A DNA stretch of 64,000 nt from the NCBI GenBank assembly GCA_012517285.1, contig JAAYVG010000026.1, forward strand, positions 13,408 through 77,407, in the 5' to 3' direction. Of the stretch, positions 17,173-27,314 are shown in pieces. The translations under genes and the position numbers were made by a program. The notes below the pieces were generated by a model. It saw only the letters and a program-made list of their open reading frames with translations. It was not told the origin of the DNA and made no database searches. Each line of letters begins with the position of its first letter. Positions within the stretch are counted from its first letter, which is position 1. This DNA comes from Elusimicrobiota bacterium (GTDB taxonomy: Bacteria > Elusimicrobiota > Elusimicrobia > Elusimicrobiales > UBA9959).

Positions 17173-17927
17173 TATTTTTGCTTCTTTACAGTTTGAGTCT
17201 TTGGGTTTTTGGTAATATTCTTAGGAAAATATTCTTCAATCAATTGCTTGGCTGTTTGAGCCTCAAAGCTTCCATGAAAATCTCTTTCGACAGATTTTAA
17301 GTATGTGAGTGCTTCATCATTTTTTGTTTTGTCCTTCAGTCTTATGAGTGAAAGAGAGTATTTTATCCTTACATATGCAGTTTTTTCAAATGCAGGAAAG
17401 TTTGATATTATCTTTGCATAAAATATGGCTGATTCTTTATAATTTTTTATTTCAAATAGTGATTCAGCAGTATAGTAATATGCCCAGTCAATGTTTTGTC
17501 CCTTTGGATATGTTAGTATATACTCTTTGAATGATTCTATTGACTGTTCATATTTCTTTGAAGAGTAAAGTGAAAGTGATTTATAAAACAGATCAGCTTC
17601 TTTTGAATATGAATCATCTTTATCATTTTTCTGTGAAACAGCCTTTCCTATCTGATTTATTTTTTTATCTGTGAGATTACCGTAGTCATCTATCTTGCTT
17701 GATAGCTTTGACATCTCGGTTGAAAGTCCTAATGTGTTTTCTGAAAAAGCTGTAAGATTTTTATTAAGGTCATCTATTTTGAGCGAAAGGTCAGCCTGAT
17801 TTTTCTTTAATGTATATATATTGGAGTTTAAATCATCTATCTGACTCTGTAGAACAAGCATATCATTCTGTGTGGCCATACAGGATGTGAAAACAAGTAA
17901 AAGAGGAATTATAAGCTTGTTTTTCAT
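17172..17927 (-). CDS. cpoB: YbgF/CpoB-like coiled-coil plus TPR protein
   Basis: Lipoprotein-like signal (LLVFTSC), an N-terminal coiled coil, and a C-terminal YbgF-type TPR region. Lies between pal and tolB. Confidence 0.6.
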   Translation of the reverse strand: MKNKLIIPLLLVFTSCMATQNDMLVLQSQIDDLNSNIYTLKKNQADLSLKIDDLNKNLTAFSENTLGLSTEMSKLSSKIDDYGNLTDKKINQIGKAVSQKNDKDDSYSKEADLFYKSLSLYSSKKYEQSIESFKEYILTYPKGQNIDWAYYYTAESLFEIKNYKESAIFYAKIISNFPAFEKTAYVRIKYSLSLIRLKDKTKNDEALTYLKSVERDFHGSFEAQTAKQLIEEYFPKNITKNPKTQTVKKQK

Positions 17928-17930
17928 TTG

Positions 17931-18479
17931 TTATTTTGTAACCTTGGTCTCAGCCCTTCTATTTTTTGCCCAGCATTCCTCTGTGGACTCTGTACATACA
18001 GGGTTTTCTTCGCCGTATGATATTGTGGCTATACGACTTTCTGGAACTCCCATAAGTATATAATAATCTTTTAGCGAATTAGCCCTCTTCTGCCCAAGAG
18101 ATAGGTTGTACTGGTTTGTGCCTCTTTCATCGCAGTGACCCTCAACCGTTATTGTATAGTTGTTTGCAATGATATTCTTGGCATTTTTTAATAGTGTTTT
18201 TTTGGCATCTTGCAAAACATCATATCTGTCAAAATCAAAATAGACTGTATCAAGTGGCATAATCTCCTCTTTTCTAACATCAGCCTCTTCTGTTGTTGTA
18301 TCCTCTAAAACTTCCATAGAAACAGGTGATGTCGAGGTTGAGACCACTTCTATTTTTTCAGTCTGATCGTCAGGCTTTACAATATTATCCTTTTTAACCT
18401 CTTTTTTTACACAAGAAGATATAAATACCATTCCCAGCAAAACGATAATACCTGACATATATTTAGCTTTACTCATCAT
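17931..18479 (-). CDS. pal: Peptidoglycan-associated lipoprotein Pal (OmpA-C family)
   Basis: Lipobox FISSC. OmpA-like domain VYFDFDRYDV...EGHCDERGTNQYNLSLGQKRA...NRRAE. Confidence 0.85.
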   Translation of the reverse strand: MMSKAKYMSGIIVLLGMVFISSCVKKEVKKDNIVKPDDQTEKIEVVSTSTSPVSMEVLEDTTTEEADVRKEEIMPLDTVYFDFDRYDVLQDAKKTLLKNAKNIIANNYTITVEGHCDERGTNQYNLSLGQKRANSLKDYYILMGVPESRIATISYGEENPVCTESTEECWAKNRRAETKVTK

Positions 18480-18771
18480 AAATCCTCCACTAAGCTTTTA
18501 AACGCCTTGCAGATTTTAATCTGCTTTATAATAAAATTATATCAAATTTTATTGAATGTTTTAGGCTTAAACATTAAATCACATAATGTTAGCTAAAAAT
18601 ATAAATAAAGTGTTATCTATTGTCAGAATGTAACAATGATGAGTAAAGGAGCGAGGTTGGAATATATGAAAGAAATCTATGTTTTAACTTTAATAGGATA
18701 CTGTATAGATAAAAATATCTATCAATCATCCATTCACATTTTAAAGCTAAAAAAACTTTTAAGTGCCAACT

Positions 18772-19641
18772 CTAATAAGTTTTTATTATTGATGTCAAAT
18801 CCTCTTCTGAATATCCTTTTTTTACTCCATCCTCAAATATTTCTTTTACTCGTTCAGTCATCCTTATAACAAGGTTATCTGCTTTTGAAAGATCAATCAT
18901 AAAATTTACATCTTTCAACATATTTTTAAGTGAAAATGCTGGAGAAAAATCCTTTTCTATAAGGTTTTTTTCTTTCATCTTAAAATATCCGCAGTTTATT
19001 GCTGGACTCTTAGATATTGTTTCAAAAATCAGAGCAGGATTGATTGACGATTTTTCTGCAAGCATAAAACTTTCTACAAGTCCTGTTGTCATAGCGGCTA
19101 TTAAAAGATTTATAGAAAGCTTTAATATGGTTCCATTCGGAGCTTCACCACAATAAACAATATCTTTTCCCATTGAAAGAAGGATGTCCTTACAATCTGA
19201 TAAATAATTTTTATCAGATCCACAAAGAATTATCAGACTTTGATTTTCAGCAAGTGGTTTTGAACCTGAAACAGGGCAATCAAGAAATTTTATGTTTTTT
19301 TTATTGCATTCTTTTTTCAATTTTTCTGTATAATTTACACTTACTGTTGACATATTTATTAAAAAATCACCATCTTGTAAATTGTTTATAACTCCATCGT
19401 CACTAAAGCATACCTCATCCATTGCTTTTTCATTTTCAAGCATTGTAATTATGACATCAGATAATTCTGATATTTCTTTTATTGTTTGCAAAACAGTGGC
19501 TCCCATATGTTCAAGTTCTATACATTTTTCTTTCGTTCTGTTATAAACATTAATTTTATAATTGTTTTTTATTAGATTTTTTGCCATAGGTTTTCCCATT
19601 ATTCCAAGACCTATAAAACCTATCTTTTTTGAGTTTTTCAT
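18772..19641 (-). CDS. NAD(P)-dependent beta-hydroxyacid dehydrogenase (3-hydroxyisobutyrate / 2-hydroxy-3-oxopropionate reductase family)
   Basis: GFIGLGIMGKPMAKNL dinucleotide motif, with a 6PGDH-like NAD-binding domain and helical C-domain layout. AGGAGG RBS. Confidence 0.8.
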   Translation of the reverse strand: MKNSKKIGFIGLGIMGKPMAKNLIKNNYKINVYNRTKEKCIELEHMGATVLQTIKEISELSDVIITMLENEKAMDEVCFSDDGVINNLQDGDFLINMSTVSVNYTEKLKKECNKKNIKFLDCPVSGSKPLAENQSLIILCGSDKNYLSDCKDILLSMGKDIVYCGEAPNGTILKLSINLLIAAMTTGLVESFMLAEKSSINPALIFETISKSPAINCGYFKMKEKNLIEKDFSPAFSLKNMLKDVNFMIDLSKADNLVIRMTERVKEIFEDGVKKGYSEEDLTSIIKTY

Positions 19642-19712
19642 AAGACCTCCTTTAAAAATAAATGATTTGTTTAATCATAACATAGACTAAACATAGATAT
19701 CGAAATCATATA

Positions 19713-20432
19713 TCATATTTTTTTAGCCACAACAAAAGCACTCACTCCAAACGGCAGATCTATATATTTCAATAAAAAATTTTCAAAATGTATTATATAA
19801 ATTATAATTAAGTTTATAAGCTCTGGGAAGCTATAAAAATCGCTTTTTTTAAATCCAATCATACTCTTTGTTTTTCTTACAAGAAAATTTGGGAAAAACA
19901 TAAAAAAGTTCCAGTATGATGCCTTTTGAATAGTAAGGCCAGAGCCTAATATCTTGCTTTCAAGCTCCTTTAATGTATATCTTCTTTTGTGTCCATTTAT
20001 TACATCATGATATGACCATAACGACATAAATGCTGGAACAAAAATTATAATGATTCCATCTTTTTTTAGTATTCTTTTCATCTCGTGTATCGCTTTCATA
20101 TCATCATCTATATGCTCAATTATATCGGATGATACAATAACATCAAAAGTTTCATCATCAAAATCTGTTTTTATCAGGTCCATAGTGTGTGTTTCTATAT
20201 CAGAATCACTTAGCTGTTTTAAAAGTTCTTTATTACTGTCTATCCCGCATATATTTTTAAATCCTTTATTCCTGAGGTATAAAAGTAAATTTCCCTGAGC
20301 ACAGCCAGCATCCAGTATCTTTATATCATCTCTGATTGTATGTTTTTTTATCAGACCGTATATGAAATTATTCCTTGTTACAAACCACCAATTATTTTTT
20401 TTGATTTTAATGTATTCTTCTGTACATTCCAT
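19713..20432 (-). CDS. Class I SAM-dependent methyltransferase
   Basis: Motif I ILDAGCAQG, post-I FDVIVSSDIIEHIDD, and LKKDGIIIIFVP. Confidence 0.75.
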   Translation of the reverse strand: MECTEEYIKIKKNNWWFVTRNNFIYGLIKKHTIRDDIKILDAGCAQGNLLLYLRNKGFKNICGIDSNKELLKQLSDSDIETHTMDLIKTDFDDETFDVIVSSDIIEHIDDDMKAIHEMKRILKKDGIIIIFVPAFMSLWSYHDVINGHKRRYTLKELESKILGSGLTIQKASYWNFFMFFPNFLVRKTKSMIGFKKSDFYSFPELINLIIIYIIHFENFLLKYIDLPFGVSAFVVAKKI

Positions 20433-20438
20433 ATTTAT

Positions 20439-20444
20439 ATTATA
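20439..20444 (-). promoter_or_regulatory. -10 hexamer TATAAT 6 nt upstream of ATG 20432
   Basis: Minus-strand reading. No SD. Confidence 0.4.
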
Positions 20445-20612
20445 TAAGATTGAATAATAATTTTTATTTTAATGTGATCAAATTATATAAAATGTTACCA
20501 AAAATACCGACATATAATATTAAATAGGGACACTGCGGGTTTAATAGATAAAGGAATAAATTATTTTTTGAAATTGATATAATATAATTTATAATTAAAA
20601 TTGGATGTATTT

Positions 20613-23600
20613 ATGATATTAAGAATAATGTTGGGGATAATTTTTTCACTAAGCAGTTTGAATGCTATGGATATGGCTCGTGATTTCAACAATGAGCTGA
20701 TTTCTGTTTCTGAATTTTATAGAGACTCAATTGTTAAACCACCTCCTGATGTCATAATTCCAAAGCTTGATGATATAGCAAATAATTTTTCTGATGAATA
20801 TGATAAAACTGTAGTCCGTTTTGCTATGGCTGAGGTCTATCTAAAATATATAATTGATTCTGGTAGTCCTGGTAACTTAAATCAGAAAATCAAACAGGAT
20901 TATATCAATAAAGCTTATGCTGGGTATGATATGATAACGAGGACATCATCATATGATTTCTGGAAGGATCAGTCACTCTATCGTATGGGTGAGATTGAAT
21001 ACAACAGAAAAAATATTTTAAATGCTACAAAGCTGTTTGAAAATGTTAGTAGCAGGGTTTCAAACTACTTTGTTGGTGGTGAGGCAATGCTTGCCATGGT
21101 GTATTCAAATATGGTGTCTGGGGATTATAAGAAAGCGGAGGAAGTTTTTAATAAATTCTTGAACAAATATCCAAGATATACCAATGACAAAAATGTTATA
21201 TTTTTAAACGGATATTTTGCTTTTAGAAATGGTAAGTTTAATATTGCTGAGGATAACTTTACAAAATTAGCATCTCAAGAATCTATGCTATATCTGGGGT
21301 ACAGTTATTTTTTCGACGGTAAGTATCAATTAGCTGCTGCTACATTCGATAAAATTGGAAAGGATTATCCCACTGCTCCATACAGGGAAAAAAATGATTT
21401 TCTTATTGGTGAGTGCTTCTTTAAAATGAACAATTATGATACTGCTATAATGAAGTATAAGGCTTTTATTGATGCTTATCCTGATTCTCAATATAAGCCA
21501 ACTGCGATGTTTAGGATTGGGTTGTGCCTTTTAAAACAAAATGATTTTCGCGGTGCTGAGTTTTATTTCACTCATATAACATCATATTATCCTGATAAAG
21601 ATATTGCTCTTTTTTCAAGCTATTTCCTTGCAAGAAGTTATGAGATGGAAAAAAGATTTGCTGAGGCTATAGATACATACAAATCCATCACTGCCAGAAA
21701 AGATGTTTCACAGGATCTGTTATCGCTTTCATACTTTGGGCTTGCAAGAACTTATTATATGTTAAAGGATTATACAGGAGCAATCAATATATGTGATAAG
21801 TTTATATCACTTTTTCCTGCAAATAAATTGAGGATGCAGATGGATCTTATGCTTGCAAATTCACTTGCCAATAAGGGTGATGAAAAGCAGGCTCTGATGA
21901 TATTCAAAAATGTGATAATAGATATGTCATTGCCACCATCTGAGAGGGATGATGTGATTATATCAGTTCTTGATAAGCTTTCCGAGTCTAGGCAGTATAG
22001 TTCTATACTTTCTCTTTATAATCTTGTTATTAAATCATATATATCTGATAAGGACATAAATAATTATATAAATCTTATGTATGTTGCTGATGCATATCTT
22101 TTTACAGAGTTACCACACAAATCACAGCTGATTTATGAAAAAATAGTCTCTGAGTGTAAGGATGAAAAAATAATAGTTCCTGCTATGGACGGGCTTGCAT
22201 GGTCATATTTCTATCAGGGGAATATTGATAAAGCCCTTGATCTTAGATATCAGATTCAGAGGATGCTTGATGCAATGCCTGGCACTCATAGCTTTTATTA
22301 CAAAAACAATCTTTCAATAGCTGATATCATGTTTTATCAAAAGAGGTATGATGAAGCCTATAAACTATATGAATCTTTTGTAAAAAAGAGCTATGATGAT
22401 TTACTTGTTCCAAAGGCAATGTTTTTAGAAGGGCTTTGTCTTTATAGACTCAAGTATTATTCTGATGCTCTTGATGTATGGGAAAATCTTTTTAAAAAAT
22501 ATCCTGACAATGAGTATTCACAGAAAGCCGTTTTTAATATGGCTGATACATATTTTAGAACTGGGGATTACAGCAAGGCTATTGATTATTATAAAGAAAT
22601 AATCAGTATGGGAAGCAATGATGCTGATCAACCTCTCTACTATTTAAGGCTATCACAGCTCTATTACAGTATGCAAAACTATGTTGATTCTTTAGAAACA
22701 ATCAGTCTGCTTATTTCAAAGTTTCCTGATTCAGCTGAGGCAACAACCGCTCTTGATCTGGCTGAGGCAATATATGATAAAAATCCTAAGATTAACTATA
22801 AATTAAGCCTCAAGCAGCTGGCCAACGAAGGATCAAAATCAAAGGTTTCTGCTGATGCTCAGTTTCGTCTGGCAAGAAGGCTTTATGAGGAAGAAAAATA
22901 TGATGACGCAATAGCAGAGTTCAAAAATTTTATAGCTGCTTATACATCAAGCAATCTTGCCAGTCAGGCTCAGTTTTATTTAGGGATGTCGTATTATAAG
23001 ATAAAAGATTTTAAAAATGCTGTTGCTGTGTTAAAACCATATACCGATAACTACGTAACGAGTGAAGAATATCTTACTGCACTTTTTACACTTGCATCTT
23101 CTCAGTTTAAACTGAAGCTTTATAAAGAATCGCTTGAAAGCTATAAAATAATTGTGGATAAATATCCTGATTCAACCTATTACAACTTCAGTCTCTTTAA
23201 TCTTGCTATGACTTATAGGATACTTGGCGATGTTGATAAGGCGAAGGAATCTCTATGGAAGTTCTATGAGGTATCCACTGATAAAAAAGGTTCGGATGTG
23301 ATATCAGCTTTGTGGGAGATATTTAATATTGAAAAAGAACAGGCAAACTATGAAAATGCTTTGAAGGTTCTTGATACGCTTCAAACAAGCTTAGCTCAGA
23401 GTGAGGATATCTTTGAGGTCTTATACAGAAAGGCTGATCTGTTGATATCTATGAAAAAACAGGATGAAGCTGTAAAGATATATAAAGAAATAATTGCTAT
23501 GGAACCAAAGAAAAATCCTTACAGGCTTCAGGCTCTGATAAAGCTTGGTGAGATATATGAAAATCAAAAAATGTATAAGGCAGCAGCGGAGCTTTATGAT

Positions 23601-23699
23601 GATTTAGCAGCGAATTCCTCAGGGGATGTTAAGAAGGCAGCTAAGGAAAGAGCTGTTCAGTTGAAGGATATTTCCTCAGGAAATTCTAAAACAAACTGA
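20613..23699 (+). CDS. Large secreted tetratricopeptide-repeat protein (YbgF-type TPRs)
   Basis: Signal peptide after the ATG at 20613 (the track start is a TTG at 20601). More than 15 TPR-like units with recurrent F..YP.S.Y...A.F motifs. Confidence 0.7.
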   Translation: MILRIMLGIIFSLSSLNAMDMARDFNNELISVSEFYRDSIVKPPPDVIIPKLDDIANNFSDEYDKTVVRFAMAEVYLKYIIDSGSPGNLNQKIKQDYINKAYAGYDMITRTSSYDFWKDQSLYRMGEIEYNRKNILNATKLFENVSSRVSNYFVGGEAMLAMVYSNMVSGDYKKAEEVFNKFLNKYPRYTNDKNVIFLNGYFAFRNGKFNIAEDNFTKLASQESMLYLGYSYFFDGKYQLAAATFDKIGKDYPTAPYREKNDFLIGECFFKMNNYDTAIMKYKAFIDAYPDSQYKPTAMFRIGLCLLKQNDFRGAEFYFTHITSYYPDKDIALFSSYFLARSYEMEKRFAEAIDTYKSITARKDVSQDLLSLSYFGLARTYYMLKDYTGAINICDKFISLFPANKLRMQMDLMLANSLANKGDEKQALMIFKNVIIDMSLPPSERDDVIISVLDKLSESRQYSSILSLYNLVIKSYISDKDINNYINLMYVADAYLFTELPHKSQLIYEKIVSECKDEKIIVPAMDGLAWSYFYQGNIDKALDLRYQIQRMLDAMPGTHSFYYKNNLSIADIMFYQKRYDEAYKLYESFVKKSYDDLLVPKAMFLEGLCLYRLKYYSDALDVWENLFKKYPDNEYSQKAVFNMADTYFRTGDYSKAIDYYKEIISMGSNDADQPLYYLRLSQLYYSMQNYVDSLETISLLISKFPDSAEATTALDLAEAIYDKNPKINYKLSLKQLANEGSKSKVSADAQFRLARRLYEEEKYDDAIAEFKNFIAAYTSSNLASQAQFYLGMSYYKIKDFKNAVAVLKPYTDNYVTSEEYLTALFTLASSQFKLKLYKESLESYKIIVDKYPDSTYYNFSLFNLAMTYRILGDVDKAKESLWKFYEVSTDKKGSDVISALWEIFNIEKEQANYENALKVLDTLQTSLAQSEDIFEVLYRKADLLISMKKQDEAVKIYKEIIAMEPKKNPYRLQALIKLGEIYENQKMYKAAAELYDDLAANSSGDVKKAAKERAVQLKDISSGNSKTN

Positions 23700-23720
23700 T
23701 GATTATAATGGAGGATTGAT

Positions 23721-24452
23721 ATGACAGTAAACGTTATAGGTGTTTTGAAAGGAAGTTTCACCCTTACAATTCTTCTCTTCTGTTCTATTCTGGTAGTGGC
23801 TTTTGCTATTGAGAGGTGGTTTGCTTTTAAAAAAGCAAAGACAAAGAAGGTTGATGATCTCATAGCCAGCATTAAAAATATGGTTGAAGAAGGACATATT
23901 GATAATGCCAAAAAAATGACAGAAAAGATAGATACACCCATTGGAAGGGTTTTTACCTTTATATTGAATAACATCTCAATGAGGCAGGATGTCCTTGCTG
24001 AACTGGTGGCTACAAAACACCAGGAAGAGAAGGCAGGCCTTGACAGGTATCTGGGAGTTATTGGAACTATGGGTAACATCGCTCCGTTTATAGGACTTTT
24101 TGGAACAGTTTTAGGTATAATAACAGCCTTTAGGGATTTAGCTGTTGCAGGCGTTGGTGGGCCGCAGGTGGTTGCAAGAGGAATATCTGAGGCTCTTGTC
24201 GCTACAGCTGGTGGCCTTGCTGTTGCTATTCCTTCGGTAATACTTTATAACTATTTTGTTAGAAAATTGAAAACTATTATGACTGAGCTTGAGATATATT
24301 CAGATAGATTGATTATTATCCTGAAGAATACAGAATCGGTAAAAAATGAATTTGCTTCAGATGCATTGCCAAATGCTTCTTTAAAGAAAGAAAAGATGGA
24401 TACTGGTTCTTTGCCGCCTTCACCACCAACTCAACGATACTCCAAAGGTTAA
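23721..24452 (+). CDS. MotA/TolQ/ExbB proton-channel family protein
   Basis: Three TM helices. Signature LGVIGTMGNIAPFIGLFGTVLGII...GISEALVATAGGLAVAIP. GGAGG RBS. Confidence 0.85.
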   Translation: MTVNVIGVLKGSFTLTILLFCSILVVAFAIERWFAFKKAKTKKVDDLIASIKNMVEEGHIDNAKKMTEKIDTPIGRVFTFILNNISMRQDVLAELVATKHQEEKAGLDRYLGVIGTMGNIAPFIGLFGTVLGIITAFRDLAVAGVGGPQVVARGISEALVATAGGLAVAIPSVILYNYFVRKLKTIMTELEIYSDRLIIILKNTESVKNEFASDALPNASLKKEKMDTGSLPPSPPTQRYSKG

Positions 24453-24465
24453 AAAGAGGCTAATT

Positions 24466-24915
24466 ATGCAGGGCAAGGATAGTTCACAGAGCAGTGAGCC
24501 AATAACTGAAATAAATCTTACTCCACTTGTTGATATTTCATTAGTGCTTGTAATAATATTTATGGTTGTTGCCCCATTTGCTTTGCAAACTGGGATTAAG
24601 GTTTTACAATCAAAGCCCGGAGCTAGTACTGGAAAGGCAAGTATGAACGATGTTGTTCAGATAACAATATCTAAAGAAAACAGAATTAAGATTAATAATC
24701 AGGAGATAACTATAGAAGAATTACCATCAATACTATCACAGGCAATATCAGAATCTGCTGAAAAAATGGTAGTAGTTTCAGCTGATGATGAAAACAGTGT
24801 TGGACAGGTGGTCACTATTATGGATGAAGCAAAACAGTTGGGTGCTTTAAAGATTGCTCTTATGAAAACAGGTGGTTCTTCTGATTCAGGTGAGATTAGA
24901 GGAGATTTAAAATAA
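24466..24915 (+). CDS. ExbD/TolR family protein (paralog 1)
   Basis: EINLTPLVDISLVLVIIFMV N-terminal signature and a periplasmic ExbD fold-length tail. Confidence 0.85.
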   Translation: MQGKDSSQSSEPITEINLTPLVDISLVLVIIFMVVAPFALQTGIKVLQSKPGASTGKASMNDVVQITISKENRIKINNQEITIEELPSILSQAISESAEKMVVVSADDENSVGQVVTIMDEAKQLGALKIALMKTGGSSDSGEIRGDLK

Positions 24916-24916
24916 T

Positions 24917-25360
24917 ATGCCATCAGCTATGTATACGTCTAAACAGTTAGAACAATCGGATGAACCTGTAACAGGTATAAACATAACACCACTTGTGGAT
25001 GTCTGTCTTACCCTTGTTATAATATTTATGGTTACAGCTCCTATACTATCAGATCCTGTATTCAAGGTTACTCTTCCTGTTGCAAGGACTAAAGAAGGGG
25101 AGGAAACTGAAAAGATAACAGTTACAATATCTAAAGAAGGAAGGATGGCCATAAATGAGAAAGAGTTTAAAAGCTATGATGAGTTGGCTAAAAATTTAAA
25201 GAATACTTTGGAGAAAAGCAGTACAAAGTATGTAATATTTATGGCTGATGAGGAAGTTACATATGGCAAGCTTACTGATCTTATGTATTTAGCAAAGGAG
25301 TATGGTGCTCTTTCTATGACAATAGCAACAGAGCAGGGTAGAGCTAATGGTCACAAATAA
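24917..25360 (+). CDS. ExbD/TolR family protein (paralog 2)
   Basis: GINITPLVDVCLTLVIIFMV signature. Starts 1 nt after paralog 1. Confidence 0.85.
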   Translation: MPSAMYTSKQLEQSDEPVTGINITPLVDVCLTLVIIFMVTAPILSDPVFKVTLPVARTKEGEETEKITVTISKEGRMAINEKEFKSYDELAKNLKNTLEKSSTKYVIFMADEEVTYGKLTDLMYLAKEYGALSMTIATEQGRANGHK

Positions 25361-26324
25361 AAGATTGTATATAGCGTTTGGTTTTTCTATATTATTTCAT
25401 CTTTTTCTTTTCTTTTTTTTATTTCGTTTGATAGCTAAAATAGATGTAGGTAATCTGAAGGTTATAGATAGCGTTGATCTTATTATGAATAAGAAGGCTC
25501 TGGCAGAACGCAGTGTTCAGCTACCGCCAAAGGAAACACTTGATTTTTTGAAGATGGAGGTTGCAAAAACAACAATTAATAAAAAAGAAATTGATAGGCA
25601 GAAGAACAAGATATTTGAGGACAATATCAAAAATTTTAAATCATATCATCCAACACTTAAAATGCCATCCCAGCTTCCTGAAAATAAACAATCTAATTCA
25701 TTAAATAGAATTAATCTTCTTGCTTCAAATAATACAGGGATAGCTCCTAAGGATATCTCTGATAGGATAAGTGTTAATTCAAAGATAAAGGGTGGTGTTA
25801 TCGTTGTTCCTGATAGAATAGAAGAGGTCGGAATAAAAAAAGCAAAGTTCAGCGTGGATGATATAGATACTAAAAAAAGGGTGAGAAACATAGATGCTAA
25901 AACAGATATAGCTGATGATGAGATGATTGAAAAAAATAGTGTTTCCAAAATTCCTGTGGTTGTCCCTGAGGAAAAGAAAAAGATAGAGTTCAAAGAAAAA
26001 AGGGTGAGAAGTGATGAAATAATTGGTGATAATGGTTATCAGTTGGAAGGTCCTCTGAGCAATAGGAAGGTCATCAAGAAAAATTTACCGAGGATACCAG
26101 GCTGGTTGAAGGAAAAAAATATAACTGAGACAAAGGTCTCGATAAGATTTTATGTAAATAAAAGTGGTAATGTTCTTGATGATATGAAGGTGGAGCAAAG
26201 CTCGGGGTATCCGATCTTTGATCAAATTGTTATGGATAGCTTAAAGAAATGGATTTTTGAGCAGGATAAAAAAGGTATTACCAAGCAGTATGGAGTCATA
26301 ACATTTAAGTTTGTTATTGAATAA
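25347..26324 (+). CDS. TonB/TolA-like energy transducer
   Basis: N-terminal TM anchor, a long charged linker, and a C-terminal TonB_C-like domain (VSIRFYVNKSGNVLDDMKVEQSSGYPIFDQIVMDSLKKW). Confidence 0.65.
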   Translation: MVTNKRLYIAFGFSILFHLFLFFFLFRLIAKIDVGNLKVIDSVDLIMNKKALAERSVQLPPKETLDFLKMEVAKTTINKKEIDRQKNKIFEDNIKNFKSYHPTLKMPSQLPENKQSNSLNRINLLASNNTGIAPKDISDRISVNSKIKGGVIVVPDRIEEVGIKKAKFSVDDIDTKKRVRNIDAKTDIADDEMIEKNSVSKIPVVVPEEKKKIEFKEKRVRSDEIIGDNGYQLEGPLSNRKVIKKNLPRIPGWLKEKNITETKVSIRFYVNKSGNVLDDMKVEQSSGYPIFDQIVMDSLKKWIFEQDKKGITKQYGVITFKFVIE

Positions 26325-26335
26325 GGAGATTTACA

Positions 26336-27289
26336 ATGAAAATAATTTTGATCATGTTTTTTCAGTTGTTTAACATTAATGTTTATTCTGCTACTCAGAC
26401 CAGCACATCCACAGTTCGTAGCCTTCCACTTACGGATATATCCACATCTTCTATTGAATCTGAGGTGGTCATCAAGTCCAAGGAGCTTGAGGATTTCACA
26501 ATATATAAAGAACCATTTAGATTTGATATTGGTATTTCTACTAAGACTGATATATCAATAGATAAATATGAGCTGCCATTCTTTGATATCATATCAGGTG
26601 AAAAACTTGTGATGGATGAATGGTCACCCGAGCTTTTGTACAGCAATAGGATTGTAAACCCTCTTAGGATAGCATTTTCTCCCGATTCAAATATCAATTT
26701 CTATCCTTCTGTATGTTTTGGAAAGATATTCACTGATAAAACACTTGGAGATAAGCTTGTACGTGAGTGGAATCTTGTTATAAGCGATGAGCTGGGTGAT
26801 GAATTTAAAACTTTAAAAGGCAATATCGCTAACAGTGTCATAAAATGGGATGGCAGTGGAAAAAATGGTTGGATACTGCCGGGTCACACATACTCACCTC
26901 TTTTTACATATATAGATTCTGATAATCTTTCACACAGTTGTTTGTTGCCTGTTATAAATCTTAAAGGCTTTGTTTATACTGATAAAAATGTTCATATAGA
27001 GCTTGATTACAGAACACTTTTCACGACGAATAAATATAAAGAAACACATCTTGACTTGGACAAGGGAATCAATCTTTTACTCTACGCTTGTGATATAATA
27101 AGGGAAAAATATCCTGATATGTCAGCAAGGATTAACATCTTTACATCTAGCGATGATTTGTCTCAGGATGATATTGATAATATAAAACAAATTGTTTCTG
27201 ATAATATATTAATTTCGGTTGATAAGATCAATCTAAATATTGAAAAGGTTGATAAAACTATGGAGCTTGTTGATATTGTATTGGAGTGA
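26336..27289 (+). CDS. Secreted hypothetical protein with FlgD-Ig-like segment
   Basis: AAGGAG RBS and a signal peptide. The central segment WNLVISDELGDEFKTLKGN..IKWDGSGKNGWILPGHTY resembles FlgD-Ig-type beta sandwiches. Confidence 0.4.
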   Translation: MKIILIMFFQLFNINVYSATQTSTSTVRSLPLTDISTSSIESEVVIKSKELEDFTIYKEPFRFDIGISTKTDISIDKYELPFFDIISGEKLVMDEWSPELLYSNRIVNPLRIAFSPDSNINFYPSVCFGKIFTDKTLGDKLVREWNLVISDELGDEFKTLKGNIANSVIKWDGSGKNGWILPGHTYSPLFTYIDSDNLSHSCLLPVINLKGFVYTDKNVHIELDYRTLFTTNKYKETHLDLDKGINLLLYACDIIREKYPDMSARINIFTSSDDLSQDDIDNIKQIVSDNILISVDKINLNIEKVDKTMELVDIVLE

Positions 27290-27314
27290 TATCTTATGTT
27301 ATTTTTGGATTCTT

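Noticed and set aside
18480-18869. The 290-bp pal/dehydrogenase spacer and track ORF 18636..18869.
   Set aside because: The ORF overlaps the 3' end of the dehydrogenase gene on the other strand and has no motif or RBS. The spacer shows no repeats or structure that I could support beyond an ordinary promoter region.
23657-24079. Long antisense ORFs opposite conserved genes. Examples: 23657..24079, 60320..60754, 16793..17167, 3879..4223, 25646..25993, 46454..46819, 59936..60271 and 61098..61436.
   Set aside because: These are shadow frames of strongly supported genes (ExbB, KdsD, TolB, transporter, TonB-like, UvrA, GT9). They have low-complexity Ser/Ile/Phe-rich translations, no start-site signals and no recognisable motifs.
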